A DNA stretch of 64,000 nucleotides, taken from assembly GCA_977017575.1 (NCBI GenBank), contig CDRNVI010000063.1, positions 558,001-622,000 on the forward strand, given 5' to 3'. The DNA is from Paramoeba atlantica (lineage: Eukaryota; Protista; Discosea). Positions 1 through 9,300 of the stretch are shown one piece after another. Both the position numbers and the translations under genes were made by a program. The notes beneath the pieces are model-generated. The model did not search any database. It was not told the DNA's origin and worked only from the letters and a program-made list of their open reading frames with translations. Position 1 is the stretch's first letter, and every line of letters begins with the position of its first letter.

Positions 1-52
1 TACAAAAAACGATGGTCTTACAAAAAACGATGGTCTTACAAAAAACGATGGT
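1..52. repeat. 18-bp tandem repeat (TACAAAAAACGATGGTCT)n, runs off the window start
   Basis: About 3 exact copies are visible. One monomer recurs at 52941-52958. Confidence 0.9.
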
Positions 53-873
53 AGCCTCCGTTGCGGGGCCATCATTTACTGATTCGCTGTCCTGCGCTAT
101 ACCTTCGTCGCACGTTAATCGAGCTGATTTTGGTTTACATTGCTCAAGAGAAACGCGTTTAGAAGAGTTGTACGCGGACGTACGAGAGTCAGTAGATGAT
201 GGCAGGCCGAGCCCACCTTTCTTCAGCGGCAACCGGCACCAAGCGATGTGTTTATCTGACATTTTGCCAAGCCATGTGTTCAACACCGCTTCAACATCGC
301 TGTCGAATTTTTTGCATAGTTTTTCCGATGCTATTGGTGTGTGTACCCGGGTGTGGTACCTATGTCTAATGTTTACGCTTTTCGATAGTAGAAGTAGTGA
401 TATGTTGTTTAAACCCATGCGCTTGAGACGTCGGAATATGGCTTCGTGCTTTTCAAGCTTCTGTGTCAGACATTCACTGACTACTTCGTCGTTGCCTATG
501 TATGCACCTAGGGTCTTTGTCGCTGAATGCTTGATTTTCACTCCTTCTGCTTCAAGTTCTGCTGGGATTGGTATATCATGCTTTCCGCCAAACCACACGC
601 ATTTGTGTTTGGCCATTTTGACTCGTTTCTCCGCTAGGAGGCCGTGTAGACGACTGAATGCATCAGCTAACGCTTGTTGGTCCTCAGATGCTAGGTTTAT
701 GTCGTCGATGAATGCGAAGATTTTTACTTGTGGAAATTCCATTGCCAGGGTTTCTATGATAGGCTGGATAAATGCGCAAAAGTACAAGGTAGATAACGGA
801 GATCCTTGTCGTACTCCAGCTGAGCTATATATCGTCTCGTAATGCTCACCGTTTTTTTCGTAATATAAAAGTA
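53..873 (-). pseudogene. CRE-clade group 2 RT fragment, truncated at both ends
   Basis: Manual minus-strand translation gives LLYYEKNGEHYETIYSSAGVRQGSPLSTLYFCAF..FAFIDD..LGAYIG..LPLKKGGLGL. The listed + strand ORF 12..842 is its antisense shadow. Confidence 0.85.
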
Positions 874-880
874 TTATAAC

Positions 881-1411
881 ATGTTAGAACCCAATAAGTA
901 AAACCTATAAATTTACGATTTTGTATGTTGGAGATAATACCTCCTTACACTAAATCGTAAGATTTTCTTGACAAAGAAACTCGCAAAATGCAAAAGTTTT
1001 TGTTGAATTATAACGTTATAACGCTTTAGAACGTTGTTGTTTCTGAATTTAAAAGAGATACCTATTTACATTCAGAAATATTTAAATTCGTAAACAGGTA
1101 CATTCATCAAATTTAGCATTTCAGAAACACCAACAAAACAAAATCGTTGATTTTTTACATATAAAAAATCCTTTTATGAATAAAAAATCTTTTTCATATG
1201 AATACGATCTCCATGCGAAGCGATCGAAACATGTTAGAACCCAATAAGTAAAACCTATAAATTTACGATTTTGTATGTTGGAGATAATACCTCCTTACAC
1301 TAAATGGTAAGATTTTCTTGACAAAGAAACTCGCGAAATGCAAAAGTTTTTGTTGAATTATATCGTTATAACGCTTTAGAACGTTGTTGTTTCTGAATTT
1401 AAAAGAGATAC
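881..1411. repeat. AT-rich ~350-bp tandem repeat (1.5 units), resuming at 4350-4500
   Basis: ATGTTAGAACCCAATAAG.. starts at 881 and again at 1231. The second unit breaks at 1411 and continues after 4350. Confidence 0.85.
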
Positions 1412-4279
1412 ATGGCCATGCCTGTCGCTCTCGTTCCCATGGCGTGAGGGTTCATCTGCTATGTTTTTCTCGGAGCAAATCCAACGGACCTCCTTGAGAT
1501 AACCAGGTAGGAAAAACACCTGGTATAACCGGCGTAGCCACTCCATAATTAGCGGGGGTCCTGCCTTCCATTTGGACAGCCATGCCACAACGTTCTTATT
1601 ATCTGATATCAGTGTACAAGCCTTGATTTTTCTTTCCTTTACCAGTTTTAAGCCCATCTCTGCTGCGAATAGCTCCTTATATGCAATAGGCTTATCTCTG
1701 AGCCAGGCCGCAAAATTTCCAGAGCGATACTGAAGACTGCCGCCCTGCAGCCATGCTAGTCCCCACCCCTTCTCGGAAGCATCACAATACAATTCAAAGG
1801 CACTGGTTTCTCCCCTCTCCAATTTTCTAGGGGTGTTTGCCTCCACTCTATCGATTAGCGCAATAAGGCTCGAGATGAATTTCTGGGACATCTGGCATGG
1901 TAAATCCCATAAGACTGGCTTAGCTGCCAATCTGCGTGCTCTCCCCTTCAGCCAATACATCACAGTTGGAAATTCGCATTGAGTAATACCTAACACTCTA
2001 GTTGCCCAGAACAGAGTCCCCAACACTTTCCAGATTAGACGGTGCGTCGGCAAGCGATGCTGTTGCGCTAGTAACTTGAATGCCTCGCGTAAGTGTTTTA
2101 ATTTATCAATAAACTGAACCGGCAGTGAGAGTTTCTTTTCCTCTAGATTTACCTCAATGCCTAATACCGTGCCCTTACTGGTGGGCTTCGTGGTGACCGC
2201 AATTTCGGCGCCAACCTGCTTCGCACGTTGCAAAGTTTGGCTCAGGTCATCCTCTACACCCTCCTGGCTGGTTCCAAAGCGGTAACAATTGTCGATAAAA
2301 GTCAGTGGATGTGAATTACTAACCGGAAGGTTGTGGATCAAGCTTGTAGCCGCATGACCAATTTTTACCGAAGAATGCCATCCCATGGGCAATGTGGCCC
2401 AACCATATGTCCTTCCCTTAATGCGAACGGCCAAGTAGGGCAGAACATCTTCTGGAAGCCCAAACTGATGGTACCAATTTCTTCCATCCGTCTCCCCGAA
2501 GAATTTGTTTTCCAGGACCGCCTTTTCAATATCCTGCAAGCTCGCTAACGTTAAAGGGCCTGGGACTATAGATTGTATCTCGTTGAGAGGAATCGCATTC
2601 AAGATCACACGCATGGTTTTCTTCTTCGGCTTGGGAATCAAAAATGCTGTCATCCATATTTTTGCGGTTCTCCGTGGGATTCTCTTTATTACCCCGGACC
2701 TCACCATCTCCTTCACGAAAGGTTCCAGCCTCTTCGATTCACCGCGATAACGAGGATCGTAATCCTTCCTCAACAAGCCCTTAAACTTATTCGCGTCCTG
2801 CACGAAACCGAATATTTTCTTTTCTTCTCTCACATCGCTTCCAGTTTTCAGTAGAAGTAGTTCTTCTACATTTACCCGTTTTACATCAATCGGATCGATT
2901 GGCCAGTTCTCTTTTCTGGGATGGTTTCTCTCTCCAAAAAACGTCCTGCGCATAAAACTCGTATAGGTATAGGATACAAAATCACAGAGTATCCTCCAAG
3001 GAGAGGTGCCGGCACCGACAGGTGCGGCGACGCCAGCTCGCCCGTGGTGCTGAGCCGCGTTTAATGAGGACTCTTCCTGAGCCCTATTCCCATACCCGCG
3101 TGGCATGAGTAATCGCCCGGGTTCCTTCCCGGCGCCCTGAATCATGTCGTCCGATTTACCTTGTTTGGTATCCTCCATGTGGGACTTTTTCTTCCCCACA
3201 ATATTTCTGCGTCTCAGGGGTCTTTTCTTCCCTTCTTTTGTCGCTTCCACGCCTATGCTCGTGCGATGGGAAACATTCTCACCTAAACTCTTAAATTTCT
3301 TGGGAAAATCATCCTTACCTGGGTAAATAGATAGACTGGTCTCATCATGTCCTTTACCAGTACAATCTCCCGGAAATGTTTCACTAGGTGATTTTCCAGA
3401 ATCGTCTCGAACAGAAACTCTAATAAGGCCCGTTCCATAATTTCCTTGGCTCGGTATGTGTCGAGAACGCCTACCTTGAATCCCTTTCCTACTGGAGCTG
3501 TTTCCTTTTGAGGGCTGAGTCTTACGCGAAAGCGGAGGCCGGACTTTAAGGTTATGCGACCCCGGTACGGTTTCTCTTTCCGAGGCGAGCTTCGTGCATT
3601 TTCTTTCGTAGAAAAGGGCCCGCGGGAGAGTTTGATCTTTCTCGAGGCGCCTTAATTCCATGTGCCCCCTTTTAAACCCCCTTGGACGTGGATTTTCCTT
3701 CGCATATCTCCTTCGCACTCGAGCGCGCCGGCGGTTCTTCCCATCTCTCCTCGCGATGACGTTAGCTTCGTGAAACCTCATCATTTCACGCTGAGCCTGA
3801 AGATATTTCCCCTCGAGGGTATCAGCTCTAAGAGCCTCCTTCCAGTAGTCGCCAAATTTCCGACCCATTCTGTGTTTTATTCGCAAATAATGTATCACCT
3901 CCATAGATGGTTCAATCGAACGCATCGTGATAAACAAACCCGCCCTCGCACGAGAACAGCAATCAGCTAGGTGAGCTGCAATGGTATCAAGCGCCAGATC
4001 TAGACTTACGATATCTCTCGATACTGATGAGGGATCTGCAGAGTGCCCGAAACACTTTCGCACCTCGTGCCTAAGCTTTCCAATAAGATTTTTCCTATAA
4101 AGATCACTGCAAAAATGTTCGAACTTCCAATCTTGCGGCTTGAGGAGGATATCGGTCGACAGGTCGTGACAACTAGGGTCATAACTTCCGAATAATTTTT
4201 TCGGTGAGCTCACCCCTGAAACTCGCAATCCAACTCCTGAGATTTCTCCTTCACCATTAGTGTAGCACGCCATGGGCAC
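1376..4279 (-). CDS. DIRS/TATE-type retroelement polyprotein: basic gag-like N-terminus, RT and DIRS1-type RNase H; no YR seen
   Basis: RT motifs AFLIPK..RVILN, DGRNWYHQ, LPMGW and FIDN. RNase H motifs YCDAS, KELFAA, SDN and NIADEPSR. The last codons run into the flanking repeat. Confidence 0.8.
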   Translation of the reverse strand: MPMACYTNGEGEISGVGLRVSGVSSPKKLFGSYDPSCHDLSTDILLKPQDWKFEHFCSDLYRKNLIGKLRHEVRKCFGHSADPSSVSRDIVSLDLALDTIAAHLADCCSRARAGLFITMRSIEPSMEVIHYLRIKHRMGRKFGDYWKEALRADTLEGKYLQAQREMMRFHEANVIARRDGKNRRRARVRRRYAKENPRPRGFKRGHMELRRLEKDQTLPRALFYERKCTKLASERETVPGSHNLKVRPPLSRKTQPSKGNSSSRKGIQGRRSRHIPSQGNYGTGLIRVSVRDDSGKSPSETFPGDCTGKGHDETSLSIYPGKDDFPKKFKSLGENVSHRTSIGVEATKEGKKRPLRRRNIVGKKKSHMEDTKQGKSDDMIQGAGKEPGRLLMPRGYGNRAQEESSLNAAQHHGRAGVAAPVGAGTSPWRILCDFVSYTYTSFMRRTFFGERNHPRKENWPIDPIDVKRVNVEELLLLKTGSDVREEKKIFGFVQDANKFKGLLRKDYDPRYRGESKRLEPFVKEMVRSGVIKRIPRRTAKIWMTAFLIPKPKKKTMRVILNAIPLNEIQSIVPGPLTLASLQDIEKAVLENKFFGETDGRNWYHQFGLPEDVLPYLAVRIKGRTYGWATLPMGWHSSVKIGHAATSLIHNLPVSNSHPLTFIDNCYRFGTSQEGVEDDLSQTLQRAKQVGAEIAVTTKPTSKGTVLGIEVNLEEKKLSLPVQFIDKLKHLREAFKLLAQQHRLPTHRLIWKVLGTLFWATRVLGITQCEFPTVMYWLKGRARRLAAKPVLWDLPCQMSQKFISSLIALIDRVEANTPRKLERGETSAFELYCDASEKGWGLAWLQGGSLQYRSGNFAAWLRDKPIAYKELFAAEMGLKLVKERKIKACTLISDNKNVVAWLSKWKAGPPLIMEWLRRLYQVFFLPGYLKEVRWICSEKNIADEPSRHGNESDRHGHVSLLNSETTTF

Positions 4280-4349
4280 GGGGGCTGACCCTCGGACGGT
4301 TCGATGAAAAGACGGTACTCTAGGAGTTTCGAGAACAGGACGATGTGTT

Positions 4350-4378
4350 GTTGTTGTTTCTGAATTTAAAAGAGATAC
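4350..4378. repeat. 29-bp direct repeat (partner at 1383-1411) flanking the DIRS-type insertion
   Basis: GTTGTTGTTTCTGAATTTAAAAGAGATAC is identical on both sides. Confidence 0.85.
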
Positions 4379-4629
4379 CTATTTACATTCAGAAATATTT
4401 AAATTCGTAAACAGGTACATTCATCAAATTTAGCATTTCAGAAACACCAACAAAACAAAATCGTTGATTTTTTACATATAAAAAATCCTTTTATGAATAA
4501 AATATCTTTTTATTCTTTGTTAATGTACGTGAAAGCACGAACTGGATTTCATTTTATTTATTTTTTTCTTTGTTTTTTTTATTTAAATCTTTTTCCTCTT
4601 TTTAACAACTATATAAAAACTAGCAAACC

Positions 4630-4695
4630 AACTTTCCCACTTCCCAACCTTCCCACTTCCCAACTTTCCCACTTCCCAACTTTCCCACTTCCCCT
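4630..4695 (-). repeat. 16-bp tandem repeat, G-tract rich on the minus strand
   Basis: About 4 copies of AACTTTCCCACTTCCC. Confidence 0.8.
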
Positions 4696-4833
4696 TACCG
4701 AACTTCCACCTTTCCAGGGAGGGTAAGGTCTCCCTCTGCCTCGCCTCGCACCTACGCCACAAGAGGGTTTTTGATGATAAAGAAGGGGGGAGGCGAGGTC
4801 TTCTCCAATCCATTCGCGCTCCCAACGTCTTTG

Positions 4834-5559
4834 TTTTTTTTTTTTTTTGTCTTTTGTACGGTATCACTTTCTTACTTACTTTCCTACTTACTTTACTTCG
4901 CCCTTATCAACTTCGCCCGCTTCTCTCCCTTATCTCCACCCCTCAAAGAAACCATCCGCGACTTTCCGACTTCACCCGCTTCTTTCCCTCACTTCCCCCC
5001 CCCCCCGAGCATCCATCCGCGCCTTCCAAACTTTGCCCTCCTCTTTCCCTCACTTCCCCCCAGAAATCAATCCGCGCGTGCTCCACCCCTTCTTCCAGCA
5101 GTGCGCGCTTCGGACCGGGTCTCTCGACCTCTCCACGGCCTGGCTTGGGAACCCTTCCCTTGTTATGCAGGAGGGCGCAGGCGCGGGCATGTGCCGACAG
5201 CGGCACGGTCACGAAGTTGGGTTTTGATCGCCGGATTCGGATGAATGTTCCGAATCCATACCTGTCTCACATTGGGGTACCTTGCTCGTGAAAGCGAGGC
5301 GTGAGGATAGGCACTGTCGGCTCGATCGGCCTCGGGCCGCTCTGGAGGCTATTCCTCCAGAGTTGCGATGGGGTCTTCGGAAGGTGAACGAGCAACCATC
5401 ATGCGCGCTTGAAAGCGCATAAGGGTTATGTTTAGTTCAGCGAAGATTCGGCTCGTTGCCTCACCTTCCGAAAGTAGACCCCCCGAGGCGTGCGAACACC
5501 TCTCACCGACTTTGCGGAGCACGGCTGAAGCGCTGGGGCTCCAGGCGCCATAACTTTCG
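4834..5559 (-). mobile_element. 5'-truncated copy of CRE element B (last ~70 codons, 3'UTR and poly(A))
   Basis: Near-identical to about 10465-11170. Poly-T at 4834-4848. CCATAACTTT is duplicated at the 5' junction. Confidence 0.9.
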
Positions 5560-5566
5560 CCATAAC

Positions 5567-5824
5567 TTTTTTATTTATTTTTTTGCGATTAATAAGGGGG
5601 GAGAAGTATGAAACGCGGCATTGCCTCTATATTACCCAATACATGAACCATGAAGGTCCATTGGGGGGGGTATATGATTTGTAAACAAGCAATCAAATTA
5701 GCAATTTCACATGTTGTAGCCCAAAACTAGTAATTCAACCTGCCTTAAGTTATTTATGATTCTGATAACAATAATAATAAAAAAGGAAGCAATCCACGCC
5801 CAATCCATCCACGCGTTCCGCGCG
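5567..5824 (-). mobile_element. Short copy of the element-A 3'UTR with an A-rich tail
   Basis: Direct repeat of about 5849-6057, with a T-rich tract at 5567-5584. Confidence 0.8.
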
Positions 5825-6374
5825 TTTTTTTTTTTTTTTTTTTTTTTTGAAACGCGGCATTGCCTCTATATTACCCAATACATGAACCATGAAGGTCCAT
5901 TGGGGGGGTATATGATTTGTAAACAAGCAATCAAATTAGCAATTTCACATGTTGTAGCCCAAAACTAGTAATTCAACCTGCCTTAAGTTATTTATGATTC
6001 TGATAACAATAATAATAAAAAAGGAAGCAATCCACGCCCAATCCATCCGCGCGTTCCGGACCGGGTCTTTCGACCTCACCACGGCCTGACTTGTGGACCC
6101 TTCCCTTGTTATATGGGAGGGCGCAGGCGCGGGCCTGTGTCGACAGCGACACGGTCGCGAAACAGGAAGCTGGTCGACGGGGAGGAGATTCACTACCCGT
6201 GTACTACCTCACTTGGGGTACCTAGCCCTCGGCGAGCTAGGCGTGAGCATAGACTCTGTCGACTCGACCAGCTTCCAGATCAGTTGTTTCCGAGGGCGCT
6301 AACGTGGGCCTGTGCCGACAACGGTGTGGTTAGGAAACGATTATCCCACGAGGGCTACTTACTCCGTTACCAAG

Positions 6375-9300
6375 CTATTGCTCGATCAGCGGAGTGGGAA
6401 GGTCGTCTACCGGCATTCTTGATATCATCATACGTGCCTGGCGACGCATCAGCGTTATGTTCAAGTCTGTGACGAGCTGTAGCGTAGCTGCTCCGTCACT
6501 GAGGATGCCGTTGGACGCTTTGGCCCGACGTTCTCCTACTTTCCGAAGTACTGCTAAGGCACTAGAGCTCCAAGAGCCGTAGCTCTCTACGACCATTGCT
6601 GTGAAGTCGCTTCCCGCCGACTCAGATTCACGGCGCTGTCGAGCTTTCTGGTCGGAGGCGTAGTGCTCAGCGAAAGACCCCGCGGCCACCCAGCTAGCAT
6701 TTCGGACTGTGTCCGTGTATTTTGATTGCTGGGCGTGAGTGACCGCGAAGTCAAGCACTATAGGTTTTCCGAGGAAGAGGCTCGGCATGAAGACGTCCCC
6801 CGGTCTGGTCAAGGCACCCCCTGGGCCCCTATTCCCGAGGCTTTTCTCGCGCTGGGGTGCTAGGTGGGCCTGGCTGCAGGTGGCAGCGAACTGATCGACT
6901 AACGAGTGGTGTCGCCGGATGATACCTTCCCCATGCTTACACGTGAGAGCATGGTCTCCGTGTATGTCAAGGGGGAGCGTGCAGTTCTCCCTGGGGCATT
7001 TTGATTCTTCCCCGTAGACTGGTACCCCCAACCACCAGCGGGACAAGGTACGGAATTCTGTTGGGGTGAAGGCGTGACCAGTGTCTTTGGATGGCGTTAC
7101 GAAAGCCCAGCTATTGGCCCCTTTCCCGCTCTGGGAGACCCAACGTGCGCGAGTCCTGGCGTCAGCCTTTTCATAAGCTCGCGAAAATTCCGTAGCCGAA
7201 ATCGCGTGGCTTATGTCCCTTTGGCGGGGGATACCCTTTTTCGCCCAGTCCGGCAGCTTCGCGTCAAAGCAATCCTCCGTTGCATACAATGGGCATGACG
7301 TAGGGGGGAGATCATCGGGTGACAAGGGGGGGCGATCGTGTGGAAGGGAAGGGGGATTCGCAGATGAAGTAGGATCATGGGTATCCGGCTGGCGTGGGCG
7401 CTTTGCGGGGCGATGCCTCGGAGGAAATTCTTCGCATTTGTGGTGCGGGATAGTGCACACACGGCCACTTGAGTTGAGAAGCTTGGTGCCAACCTTCGCG
7501 TTTATGTCGTCAATAGATGATAGAAAGCCTTCTACTTCGGATGGATCCCAAGAGTCCATGTCTGCTGCAAAAGCAACCGAGGAAACGTAGGCTGAGGTTG
7601 CGTGAAAGGATGCTGACCGTAACCCGAATCCTCCGTGTTTTTTCAGGCGCTGAATTTGGGACCGTGCAGAGGGAGGCAAGGGGCATAAACATGACTCTAC
7701 CGCGTGCATGAGAAAATCATCCAGACGCTCGCATAAAAGTGTAAGTGATTGTGGTGGGGTCGTGCGGAGAGCGTGGACCATTTTGCAGAACCCGGCGCAT
7801 TGCCGAATAAGCGCCATTGAAACCTGTGGGTCTTTGATTCTAGTTATAGCTTCTAACGCCGTTTCTGCTGGTTCAATGGCGTGCGTTGTCAGGTATTCGG
7901 AGCAATACTCTGGGGATCCAATCGGACTTCCTAGAACGCTAAAGTCGCCACGTACGTTGATTTTGGTGTCCGGTATGTCGGGAAACAAATTTGTCACGTT
8001 AGCCGAGGCAGGGGAGGTAATGATTTCACACTTCGACATGTTTAAGTGCAAGCCCCAGCGAGGGCCTACCCTGGCGATCGTGTCCAGTGCATTTCTGGTG
8101 TCTTGGGCCTTGCCTATGAGAACCCCGTCGTCAAGGTACCATAATTGTAGGTCCAAGTCGGCCTGGTGATTGATTTCGTTTGCTAATTCCAGGGCGACCA
8201 GGGAGAAGAAAAGAGGTCCGAGGGGGTCCCCTTGTTGGACACCTTCGTCCGATAGGAGCGTGTGGGTTCGGTAAGTCAATGCACTAGTGGTGGTATAGCA
8301 CCAGCTTGCCCATGGGAATAATTCTGGGAAGTGCTCGCTTACAAGCTTCAGGAAGGCGGTTCTGCTAACGTTGTTAAAGGCGTTTCTGAGGTCTACTTTG
8401 CAAAGAACAAAGTCAGGGTTATCAGTGTGGATGGCCATGGCTTGTCGACAAGTGTGGATTATGCGTTCAGCTCCGACTGGTGTCGCCACTCCGAACTGTA
8501 GCCCTGCGAATATGCCGCTTGCCTTGGCTTTAACTACGTTGCACGCAGTTTTGCTGACCAATCGACGAATAGTTTCCCCCGCAGCTATGGGTCGGACGTC
8601 GTTTTCGCCCTTTTCTAAGGCGCAAAGTCTGGCTCCGGCGAAATACGGTTGAACCTCTAGAGGGGCTTTACCGGCTAGAAGGTGATTTACGAGGTTTGTA
8701 ATAGCTTTGAGAGGTTTCGTAGTGTTGTCTACCTGCGCTAGGAGTGCCACTTGTAGGTGTTCTGGGCGTAGGCCCATGGTTCCGGCGGAGGAGCCTCGGT
8801 GAAAGCTTTTGATGGTTTTCGCGACTGTCGCTTCATCTACCTGTAAGGGCGCTGTTGGTGGGGGGGTGTAATCGATGGCGTCGCTGTCTGAAAGGCGGCA
8901 CGGGTGTTTGTTCTGAAGCTTGATATACGTTTCTTCGTCGTCAGGAGCCATTGGGTCAGCCGTGAGTGCTGCCATTCCTCTTGAGTACTCGCCTTGTCGA
9001 ACCAGCAATTCTGACCGGATGGCAGCTTTTTCCTCCTCATCGTGAACTATGTTAGGGGTTGCGGATTGCTTTTTGAGGGCGTTGTTTACTGTATCATTCC
9101 ACAAGGGTACGTAATCTTGCGCCAGCCATCGGTTCATGCACTTTTCGACGAATGATGCGTATGTTGTGTGATTCTTGCGTCCTCCTCGGTGCGGAGCTGG
9201 TAGGAGACACTTCGGGAGCATAGCGAATAACGTCCACGCGGCGGGGGAGTTTTCCTTGACTGCGTTTTCGGCCGTTTTTGTTAAGATTTCTCCCCAAAGA

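Noticed and set aside
12-842. 276-aa + strand ORF and the many other short antisense or overlapping ORFs
   Set aside because: They are shadows of RT ORFs on the opposite strand, with no recognisable motifs.
998-1050. SL-like words (TTGTTGAATTAT, GTTTCTGAATTTA) in the 350-bp repeat, and TCTTTAACG near 44350
   Set aside because: Matches of 9-13 nt in AT-rich DNA are expected by chance.
2940-3660. Overlapping YR ORF in the DIRS-type element
   Set aside because: The alternative frames are stop-interrupted, and only a weak YSCHA resemblance to the H-x-x-R motif was found.
4771-5291. Pro/Ser/Leu-rich ORFs here and at 10462-10902 and 21739-22270
   Set aside because: They are antisense readings of the pyrimidine-rich B 3'UTR.
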